This document shows, piece after piece, positions 28,896 to 38,393 of a DNA stretch of 64,000 bases. Under the pieces are notes generated by a model that had not been told where the DNA came from, made no database searches, and saw only the letters and a program-made list of their open reading frames with translations. A program made the position numbers and the translations under genes. The DNA lies in NCBI GenBank assembly GCA_043228905.1, contig JBHGNT010000006.1, forward strand, positions 21,948,001 to 22,012,000, in the 5' to 3' direction. Numbering within the stretch: position 1 is the stretch's first letter; each line of letters opens with the position of its first letter. This DNA is from Azolla caroliniana (lineage: Eukaryota > Plantae > Polypodiophyta).

Positions 28896-29203
28896 TGTTG
28901 GGGACAAGGTTGTCAGTGCGGAAGAACAAACAAAATCTATGATGGTGAAGAACCTGCGTATGCGAATAAACAATGTACACAGAGAGAGAGAGAGAGAGAG
29001 AGATAGGCACAAAAGAAACGTTATATTTCTCAATAGCAACAGTTACAAAAATAACAACCAACCTTTACTAAAGGTTACAAAGTCACTATATATAGTGACT
29101 ATCCTAGGGCAACTGCTCTTTATGCTATTTACAGAAATAGCCCAACTTGGGTTGTCCAAAAAAGGATAGTGTGAATACGGCCATTATACACTCGTATTCG
29201 ACA
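28896..29203 (-). repeat. 5' LTR of copia B
   Basis: Direct repeat of 18106-18453. Confidence 0.92.
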
Positions 29204-29666
29204 CTTTGCACTTGGTATCAACTTGGGCCATCTTCACCGACCCGATCATCTCTCCGAAATCCGTGATGACTTCGCACATTTCCACGGAACTGACCGGATT
29301 TGTCCAAAAAAGGACAGTGTGAATACGGCCATTATACACTCGTATTCAACACCTTGCACTTGGTATCAACTTGGGCCATCTTCACCAACCCGATCATCTC
29401 TCCGAAATCTGTGATGACTTCGCACATTTCATCTCTCCGAAATCTGCGATGACTTCGCACATTTCCACGGAACTGACCGGATTTGTCCAAAAAAGGACAG
29501 TGTGAATACGGCCATTATACACTCGTATTCAACACCTTGCACTTGGTATCAACTTGGGCCATCTTCACCGACCCGATCATCTCTCCGAAATCTGTGATGA
29601 CTTCGCACATTTCATCTCTCCGAAATCTGCGATGACTTCGCACATTTCCACGGAACTGACCGAATT
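29153..29666. repeat. 3-copy tandem repeat (148, 183, 183 bp) spanning the LTR-flank junction
   Basis: Units start tgtccaaaaaagga at 29153, 29301 and 29484; units 2 and 3 contain an internal 35-bp duplication. Confidence 0.92.
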
Positions 29667-29703
29667 TACCCAATCTTCGCTTAGGCCTTCATTGGCTACC
29701 CTT

Positions 29704-30559
29704 TGTCATGATATGGCAAGACTCAAACCCATGACCTTATGTTACATGGGTCGAGCTCTTGACCATTACACTATCTATTGTAATATGTAGGATATTATTT
29801 TTATTTAAGTTTTGCTATAGAAAATTAATGTATATTCAAGATTTCTCTAGAACATTCTAGAAGCTTCAGGATTACTCCTAAGAACACTATAAAAGGAGGC
29901 ACAAGGCATTATTTCAAACCAAATCAGTTCAACGCTAGTCTTAAGTCTCCTAGCCTTCCTTGCATATATTCTTCTCACATAATATATCGCTGTCATCATC
30001 ATTTTCTCTCCCTCGATCTCTCACTCACTCACGCACTCCCCCCCCCCCCCCCCCCCCTCTCTCTCTCCCTCTCCTTCTCTCGAGGGTTCTACACCCTCTA
30101 TTCCTCTTAGTACTAATTTCTTCTCTGTCTCAGTACTATTCCTGACAATTTGAACTGATTTTCCTCCTTCCGTCTCCTCCTCTTCCTTTTATCTTCTTAC
30201 ATATCCCCTTTTTTCCGGTCTTCTTTCCGGTTTCCCTAATCTTCTTACCCCTTTTTCCCCTTCATTCTAATCCTCTTATCCTCCCTAGTAAAATGGAAAC
30301 TATTAGCACTCAGGAATACCAATCAGTTTTCTCGGAGCTCCAGTGCTTAAAAGAGAAATTTGTAGCACTAGAACAAGAAAATCACCATTTGTTGGGAGAT
30401 CTTCAACAAATAGCGCTGGAAAAACAACAACATGGGGAGCTGAAGTTACGTGTACAACAACTTGAAGTGACTATTGTATCACTACAACAACAAGGATCAA
30501 GCACTCAAGGGATTCACAAAGAACCCAAGATCGGTCTTCCTGCAAAATTTGATGGGACC
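29704..30559 (+). mobile_element. truncated Tcn1/Tf1-sushi-like chromovirus: 5' LTR (29704-30147) plus gag N-terminus (30293-30559)
   Basis: TGTCA...TGACA LTR with TATAAAA at 29888; gag coiled coil ending EPKIGLPAKFDGT, typical of Tcn1/sushi gag; no tRNA PBS. Confidence 0.8.
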
Positions 30560-32205
30560 TTCCGTAGGCTTTCTTTTGCTCGGCGGAGGTTGTCGGCAGT
30601 CTTCCGTTATTCCTCCTCCGCCGCCATTTTTAATTCTCTTTTCCTGGTCCGTAATGCTTCCTGTGCGGCCAGGTCTTCTTTGAGAATGGCAAGCTCTTGT
30701 GCTTGCGCTGTAATTGTATCCGGGATTGTTTCCGTCACCGGGGTCGTATTATTATGTACAGTTGTCGGTGTTTCATTATTCTGTACATGTATCGGAGCCA
30801 CCGATTCTTATTCCTGGGGTCCTGTTATGACCATCTTAGCCAATTCCTCCGTGACTATTTCCAATTCTTGTTCCAAGCTCCAAATCCTTGACCGGGCCTT
30901 CTCTAGTTCTCCGGTTGTGGCTAGCAACCAGTCCAATTGTGCTTTCTCTTCGGCCTCCATATAATGGACCACTCTGGCTATTTGCTCACCGATCCACTGC
31001 ATCCATTGGTTGTCGGTGCCTTGTTGCTGTGTCCGTGCGGAGGGTTGGCCGATTTTTGCACTTGCCAGTGGCTGATCTTGTCTGGTTACGTCGATTGGCA
31101 ACTCTGGCTCCGGTTGGTAACCACTTGGCAGTTCCGGCTCTGGTTGGTCCTGGTGTGCTGGTGGTGTAGACAACTGAATCACCGACTCCTGAATCACGAG
31201 TCTTGTTATGTCCTGACCCGCTGACGTAGCTTGTTGCGCAGGGAATTCTGTGACCAGTTCTGTTCGAACCGGTTCCGATTCCACCCTTGGTTCTGGGCTC
31301 TCAGTGTGGGGTATCGACGTCCTATCCTTCGCTGGACCCGATTGCTCCCCAACATGGTCTGCAGTGCTCTTCTTCTGGCGCCGCTGGAGGTGCTCGCTGG
31401 GCTCCTCCTCCGTTTCCTCCTCATGAGTCCCAAGATTGATTTCCATTGCCAAGGGATCTGGCTCCTGTTGACCTGGTCGTCGCAATGCAATCTTTATTGG
31501 CTGTGCCGGTGTTTCCTCCTGCGTCTCCACCTGCCGTTTCCGGTTAGGCCGCTCTTTCGCCTTTTTTTCAGTGTCGGCCTCCTTCCATTTGGTTGCCTTA
31601 GCAGCTAATAGCTGCTGCCGTTTTGAAGCTGTTTTGGGGGTTCCTTCGGTTGATCTCCCTCGCTTCTTCGCCGTGATGGGCTCCACTGGTGGTGCTAACA
31701 GTGTGAGCCATTGTGCCACTACCGTCCATATTTTCCTGCCATCCTTCCCTCTTATCGAGTCGATGGTCGTGCGTAGTTCGTCGGCGATCAGCACCGACCA
31801 ATGCACTTGTATACCCTCATATGTGGCTATAATTAAACCGGCTCTATTCCTAGGCATTGCCGGGGGTCGAGGGTACACATGGCCAAACTCGTGGAGTACA
31901 CGAACAATCTCTCGGAATAAGCCATCCTCACCGCCCTGTGTGCGATATGCCTTGCTGGCCAGAGAGTACTCACTGAAGTATTTCGTGAGCTGCTTCGGGG
32001 TAGTGTTGTCGATGGTGAAGATGCCGCCTTCGGGTAGGCCCGTCAGGGCATGGATTGCCTCCTCTGTGATTACTTCTGTGTTGATGTCTTTGACAACCTT
32101 TTCCGCCTCTCTGTGTGGTGGTGCCTCCATGATCCTCAAGAATCCTTCCAATCCGTGTTGCTTCAACCACTTCTTGGCTGCCTTAGAGAGTGTCATGGAG
32201 TCCAT
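30560..32205 (-). pseudogene. extra (env-position) ORF of gypsy C1
   Basis: 30808..32205 and 30607..30801 are homologous to 53729-56485 (WLKQHGLE, ITEEAIHALTGLPEGG, YEGIQVHW). Confidence 0.8.
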
Positions 32206-35200
32206 TTCTCCTTCTGAGTCGGTGGGTGCTGGTGAGGTAGTGCGTTAGTGGGCTTTGGGTGCTCGCGTCTGATTATCTTTAATCGCCTGTGTGCGTTTGC
32301 ACTTCTTTGTTTGCGAAATTCGAAGACTTCCATGCAGTGGAGGTTTTCTTTCTGCATGTTGGCGACTTTCTCGATTCCCGCGCATGCGCACATCGTGTAC
32401 TATAATAGCAATGAAGTGCCACGTGGCGGCGTTTTAATGCGCTATAAATAGCCCACTACGTGGCTTTTCAAAGTGCCCGTTCACTCCTCCCTTGTCATGG
32501 CATGTGGCAGTTCGCTTCTCGCCATCGCATGATTTGGGTTTGATTTGATCTAATTTGATTGATTGATTTATTTTTAGATTTGATCTTGTTAATCCGTATC
32601 CGGCCCAAACAGACCCTTCCCCGGATTGTGGTCCCTTTCACCAGTTTCGTGCTTGCCGATTGCTTGACCGGTTATCGTCTCGTTGTGCTTACCGGTGTCC
32701 GGTTCGGTGTCAGCCTTTGTTTGTTCAAACGAGTTTCTTGGCATGGGTCCATAGTATGGTTTGAGTCGAAACCCATTGACCCATTGACCCATAACTTCTC
32801 CGGCGAGTGTCCCTAGTTGGTAGGAACCGTTGAACTCTCGTGTAATCCAATATGGTCCGGTCCACCAAAACCGTAGCTTCCTCGACATCTTACCCATCCG
32901 GGTCTGGAATACAAGTACCGGCTTGCCGATCTCTAACATTTTTTCATTACCTTTCCGGTGTCGATCGACGAATGCTTTCCTTCTCCGTTGCTCCAGTTCC
33001 ATGTGCATCAGGCTGGCTATCCGGTGTTCCTCTAGTTCGCATAGTGTTGCTAGCCGGATTGTTTCCGACTCCTTCTCGTTTAGGCGTTCCCGAACTTGTA
33101 ACCGCAAACTGGGAACCTGGAATTCAATCGGCATTACCGCTTCCAATATGAATGCTAATTGGAAAGGCGTTGCCTAGATACTCGTCTTATATGCTGTCCG
33201 ATAGGCGTAGAGTGCACTGTGCAGCTTCGTATCCCAATCCGTCTGGTTCTCATTGATGATTTTTCGCACGATGTTTTGTAGCGTCTTATTTGTGGATTTG
33301 GCTAATCCGTTGGCTTGCGGATAATATGCCATCTGCGCCTTTATGGTACAGTGTGTCCTGTAGTAGGCAGAAGTGCCGGCTTTGTACTACTAATTGTTTC
33401 CGGTCATCTTTGTTCATCTCCTCTGAAGGTAATCCGGTGCTCAGGAATTGGTGCATGTTAGTGAGCCACTTGTCCTCCTCGGTGACCGTACCATCTGTTG
33501 CCGTTTTTGCTGTGACCCGAAAGAACTCTGCATCCGGAAACTCGTCTGGGACTCCATCACCGGTTTCACCGGAGTCTAACCAGCTCAAATAATCCACAAT
33601 TGCATGTTGTATGCCTGGCCGGTGAAATATCTCGAACTCAAATTCCTGTAATAATAACGTCCACCGGGCTAGCTTACTCGTGAGTGATGCTTTTGAGATC
33701 AAGTAAAGTAGCGTTGAATGGTCTACATGAAAGGAAAATTTCCTCCCCAATAGATAGTGTCAGAACTTGGTGACGTTGTAGATCATGCCCAAGGCTTCTC
33801 TTTCCGTCGTTGAGTAATTACGTTCCGCCTGGGACAGCTTCCGGATGGCATAAAACACGAGCCGGTACCACTTCGGTTCGGTAAGCTGCATTAATGCGTT
33901 CCTAATTGCTATGTCGGGCGCGTCTACGAATACGTGGAATTCTTTAGACCAATCCGGAGGTTGCACCAATGGTGCTTGTGATAGTAGTACTTTTAATGCC
34001 CAGTAAGCCTTCTCTTCTGTGTCCGTCTAGTGAAACGGCGTCTGGTGCACCGCATCATGCAATGGTGTGGCTAGGTCTGCCAGATACCGGAGCATCCGGC
34101 TATGCCACCGGATTTTTTCTAGGAACCGACTCAATGCTTTCGCCGTGGTGCATGCCGGTGCCTCCAAAATTGCTTTGACCTTGTCCGGGTCTACTGCAAT
34201 ACCGTCCTTGCTAACGATGTGGCCTAGTAATGCACCGCTTGACACTCTAAACACGCATTGCGCCGGGTTAAGGCTTAACCGGTAAACCCTACATTTCTCA
34301 AGACATAGGCGGAAGTGTTGGAGGTGTTCCCTTTCCTAGCTGTACACGGTGAAATTGTCTAGGAACACCTGCATGAATGTTGGAATAAATTCTCCAAAAA
34401 TATCCATGATTATCTGCTGAAAGGTTGTCAGCGCCGTTTTAAGTCCGAACATCATGACTACGACGACAAATACTCCCCATTCGGTAACAAAAGCGGTTTT
34501 CTCTTGGTCGTCGGGGTGCATTCGGATCTGATTGTAGCCGCTGAACCCGTCTAGGAAACTATAAATTTCGTGACCGGCTACTTCATCCAGGACTCCATCC
34601 ATAAAAGGGAGTGGGAAGGCGTCGGTTACCGTTGCCACATTCAACTTCCAGTAGTTGACACATACCTTGATTTTTCCGTTCTTTTCGGTATGACGACTAT
34701 CGGACTCAGCCATGTCGCCTTCTTGACCAGTCGGATGAACCCTACCCGTAACAATTTGTCGATTTCGTCCTTTAGGTTTGCTGCATAGTTAGGGTTCATC
34801 TGGTGGCGTCATTGCGCCACCGGCTTGTCATCCTTACTCAGATGTATCTGGTGTTGATGCAACTGAGGATCTAGCCCCCACATGTCTTCATAAGACCACG
34901 TGAATACGTCCTGGAACTCCTTTAATAAGGTGATCATTGCCGTCTTCCTTTCTGGAGTCATTTCTCTAGCGATGTGAACCAGTCTTGCATCTTCTACGGT
35001 GCCTAGGTTTACCTCTTCCAACTGAGAGGATTTTACGCATTGAGATATTGCCAATTCCTTCTCCAAAGCTTCCTGCGCTTGCCGTAATTCTCTCATGGCT
35101 TCTTTACCCCGTTCTTCATCGGCATCCTCTGGTTGCATAATATATGGTGTCACTGCTTCGGCAACATCGACCTCTTCATCAGCCAATCCTTCAAGCGTGT

Positions 35201-35498
35201 TGACACATTCCGCATACAGCGGTGTCAGCTCCTTGCCGGTACTCGAACGTGGTTGTGTAGGTACTCGTACTTTCGCTTTGCCGCGCCAGAAAGTAATTAT
35301 GTTTTTCCACCAATTTTGCTTGATGTGCGCTGTTTTTAGCCATGGGCGGCCCAACAACAGTGGGTATGCCCCTTGTGCATTGAGCTGGAGGACTACTGCC
35401 AAAATGCGGAATGCGTGACCTCCGATAGTCACTTCCAAATGTCGTATCAATCCGGTAGGTCTTACTGAACTTGTGTCTGCCATCCGGAGCGAAAACGG

Positions 35499-36261
35499 TG
35501 TCGTAGTGTAGGTTGCACACTATGTGGAAATTATATTTTTGTCCCTCCGGATAGAGAATGGAGTGCTCGGTGAGAACCGGAAGAAAACGGCATACCGGCA
35601 AGGAAGAGACGGATAAAGAGACATAAATGTAAAAGAAAAAGGAAATACTCACTACTGCGCAGGGCGTGATTCGAACTCTGCACCTCCACGTTGACAAACC
35701 CCAACCTTACCATTACATTAACTTATCTTAAGTGTTTTAAATATAGATTTAATACGTATAAGACCTTTATTTATGCATACCTTTATTAAAAGGTAAATCG
35801 TGTATTTTTTTTTAATATATGAAAAAGACGAGACACTAAAAATAACTCATGCACATCTAGCGTGCATGAGCCCTATACTTAGGAAATAAAAAAGCATCAC
35901 ATGCACATTTAGTGGACATGAACACTTTTTGTAAAAAAAAAAAAAAAGCAGGAAGCCATGCTTAGCTCTTCCTTCCTTATATAAGGAGGAGAGAAATATG
36001 TAAAGGGTTGTTGATTATTTGGATTAAGTATTAATCAATACAAAAATTATTCGTGGGATTCACGATTTATACGTCTACTTCTCTCTTAACACCCTAAGTA
36101 CCAATTAATATAGTATACTCGTGTGATTCACGAGTTTCTTATCTTTCTCTTTGCTATTAACTCATAATTAATCTCTATCTCACGAACTTCTTTCTCCTAG
36201 TCCAAGACCTCTGTGGTTCCCACCCGACTCACGCAACGATCCGGAGCCGAAAGGCACGACA
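35499..36261 (+). repeat. 5' LTR (763 bp)
   Basis: TGTCGT...ACGACA; TATA in ccttatataagg near 35975. Confidence 0.95.
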
Positions 36262-36265
36262 CAGT

Positions 36266-36283
36266 TGGTGAACCCGACGTGAA
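36266..36283 (+). promoter_or_regulatory. PBS complementary to tRNA-Trp 3' end
   Basis: TGGTGAACCCGACGTGAA is the reverse complement of the plant tRNA-Trp end TTCACGTCGGGTTCA-CCA (tRNA sequence from memory). Confidence 0.85.
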
Positions 36284-36299
36284 GACGGGTGGCAAGGAG

Positions 36300-38339
36300 A
36301 TGGAGGCTCAACAAGCTAACAATATGATGGCGATGTTCGAACGGATGCTTCAAGAACAACGCACGATGTCGGAGATTTCGGCATCAGTAGAGCGGCTCGT
36401 GCAACGCAACGGGCAATTTAATGGTAAGGATGTGTCGCAATATTTGCAGGACTACAAGGCGGAGATGCTCCGGTGCCGGGCTCCGGAAGGACTACAAGTG
36501 ACATCCTTTAACCGGGTGGCGACCGACGGGCTTCAAGGGAGTATCCACGGGTTGCAACAACAAAATCCGACGTGGGAAGCATTCGAAGAGGCGTTAAAGA
36601 CCACGTTTGCCATCGAGGACTCCTCCAAGGCAACGCGGAGGGGATTCGAGGATTGGGTGGAAACGTCAGGTAAGGGGCTGAAGGTCCTCGAAGTGTTTTC
36701 GACATTCGAAAGTCGGTTCGGGAGGTTGTCCGCGAGAGATCAAACTATTCTTGCACCGGACAAAGTCATCATGTTTTTGCGAGCTGTGGACGTCCGGGAC
36801 CGGAAAGATCTCGGAGTGCTTCTTGAGGACACGACCACCGAAAGCGGCCTCACCGAAACATGGGAAAGCGTGCGGGATATCGTCGCGCGGTACACGAAGA
36901 GGGGGCAATGGCTTGCCAACGAAGAAAAGAGGGTTTCGGAACCGATTCCGAAACCGAGAACGGGACTGGAAGACCATCAACCGAGGGCTCGGGAGATTAC
37001 GGCCGAGAAGGGAGTCGACGCGTCTACGGTGGAGCAGCTGCTGAAGGAGATGGAGAATCTAAAGATCGCGATGGTGAAGAAGTCGGATGACCGCCCCACA
37101 AGCTCCAAATATACGGATCGACGGTGCATATGGTGCGATAGCGCCGAACACGATCGGAGGGATTGCGACGACCATAAGGAGGCACTACGACGGGATCTCA
37201 TCTACTACGAGGGAAACCGGATTCATTCGATGGACTCTCGGAAGCCACTCCGACCGAACTTCCGGAAAGGCGGCATGAAGAAGGTGCTCGAGGAGGAGTT
37301 AGCAGCAAGAAGCAACTATGCGACAACCGCGGGAATATGTGTCGGGGAGTCATCGGGAGCGAAGGCGTCTTTCTGGCCGGAGGTGCTAGGAAACACCGAG
37401 AAAACCGACTCCAACGATATCCGAAACACCGCGGAAGGCGTCCGGGAAGCTACGGGATGGGAGTGCCCTGTCGACAAGAATAGCATATACGCCCTGTGTC
37501 AATTACATGAGGTGTATGTGGACGAGAAACGACGGCGCACGGAGGATGCGGCCGGACCATCGAAGATACCGGAAAGCTGGAACTCCGGAGGTAAGGGAAA
37601 AGAAAAGGCGACTCCGGCATTCAAGCTCACCTCGGACATAGAACAACAAACCGACTTGAAAAGAGTGTTCGAGGAAAGAATCTTGGATAGCCGGGTAGAT
37701 TTTTCGCTGCGGGAACTACTCGGAATAGCGAAGAAGGAGTTTCACGATCTTCTCGTGGATCTCGTGAAAAGGAAGAGACAAAGTACGGAGGAAAATGCTC
37801 CAAGGGTGAATGCAAATACCGTTTCAATGAACGACACCGAAGTGGAAGGCGAAATTCCGAACTCCCACTATACAAGGCCACACTGGGCACGTGCGACTAC
37901 GGAGACTCCGGTCCGAATCGGCAACATCAAAGAACCCGTGCTAGCATTGATTGATCATGGATCGGAGATCAACTTGATGTCCAAGGAGTTCTACCGAAAG
38001 GGGAAGTGGCCTATAAACACCAACCATGGATGGAAGATTCGGGCAGCCACGAAAACGACAGAAGACCTATTTGCGGCTTGTCCGGATGTGACGGTAAAGA
38101 TCGGGGATGTCGAAATTGACCAAAATTTCTTTGTGCAGGATGAGGTTTCACATTCTGTCATCCTCGGCCAACCCTTTATCACGGCTTCACGGATGGAGAC
38201 GAAGGTGCTCGATAGTGGTGCGGCTTTTGCGCGAATTCGTAGCCAAAACGGAGGGAAATCCGTCCAATTCCTAACGGTGCCGGCAAATCACGAAAGGAAC
38301 AAGAGGGAACTCTTGTCCCAAGTGAGAATGGATTTTTAA
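36300..38339 (+). CDS. Gag-protease ORF1 (679 aa from first ATG)
   Basis: Open frame; CCHC knuckle CIWCDSAEHDRRDC; aspartic protease ALIDHGSEINL and ILGQPF. Confidence 0.92.
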   Translation: MEAQQANNMMAMFERMLQEQRTMSEISASVERLVQRNGQFNGKDVSQYLQDYKAEMLRCRAPEGLQVTSFNRVATDGLQGSIHGLQQQNPTWEAFEEALKTTFAIEDSSKATRRGFEDWVETSGKGLKVLEVFSTFESRFGRLSARDQTILAPDKVIMFLRAVDVRDRKDLGVLLEDTTTESGLTETWESVRDIVARYTKRGQWLANEEKRVSEPIPKPRTGLEDHQPRAREITAEKGVDASTVEQLLKEMENLKIAMVKKSDDRPTSSKYTDRRCIWCDSAEHDRRDCDDHKEALRRDLIYYEGNRIHSMDSRKPLRPNFRKGGMKKVLEEELAARSNYATTAGICVGESSGAKASFWPEVLGNTEKTDSNDIRNTAEGVREATGWECPVDKNSIYALCQLHEVYVDEKRRRTEDAAGPSKIPESWNSGGKGKEKATPAFKLTSDIEQQTDLKRVFEERILDSRVDFSLRELLGIAKKEFHDLLVDLVKRKRQSTEENAPRVNANTVSMNDTEVEGEIPNSHYTRPHWARATTETPVRIGNIKEPVLALIDHGSEINLMSKEFYRKGKWPINTNHGWKIRAATKTTEDLFAACPDVTVKIGDVEIDQNFFVQDEVSHSVILGQPFITASRMETKVLDSGAAFARIRSQNGGKSVQFLTVPANHERNKRELLSQVRMDF

Positions 38340-38393
38340 AGCGGACTGTTGCGGAGTGGGGAAGTGATAGTCCGAGAAGCCCTGATACCCCAC
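38330..38393 (+). promoter_or_regulatory. predicted -1 ribosomal frameshift signal (G GAU UUU plus H-type pseudoknot)
   Basis: Heptamer 38330-38336 precedes the ORF1 stop; stem 38342-38350/38366-38374; GTGGGG 38356-38361 pairs with CCCCAC 38388-38393; pol is in the -1 frame. Confidence 0.85.

Larger units (their letters stand above)
18106..29203 (-). mobile_element. Ty1/copia element B (Tnt1/Tork-like gag), degenerate, carrying a nested gypsy
   Basis: LTRs 28896-29203 (5') and 18106-18453 (3'); PBS 28882-28893; PPT GGGGGAG 18454-18460; near-TSD CTTTT/CTTTG. Gag FDGSNF..MQDYL, integrase HSDICGP, RT YVDD, RNase H GYTDSDFA. Internal deletion near 26510. Confidence 0.93.

Noticed and set aside
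30293-30964. 223-aa ORF as a novel gene
   Set aside because: Chimeric read-through: chromovirus gag N-terminus joined at about 30559 to the antisense strand of the C1 extra ORF.
35655-35727. Functional tRNA gene within the LTR
   Set aside because: Acceptor and anticodon stems do not pair; only the promoter boxes are tRNA-like, so it is reported as a module.
36213-36299. GTG start of ORF1 inside the LTR
   Set aside because: Non-ATG start spanning U5 and the PBS; the ATG at 36300 is conserved in the older copy (20602).
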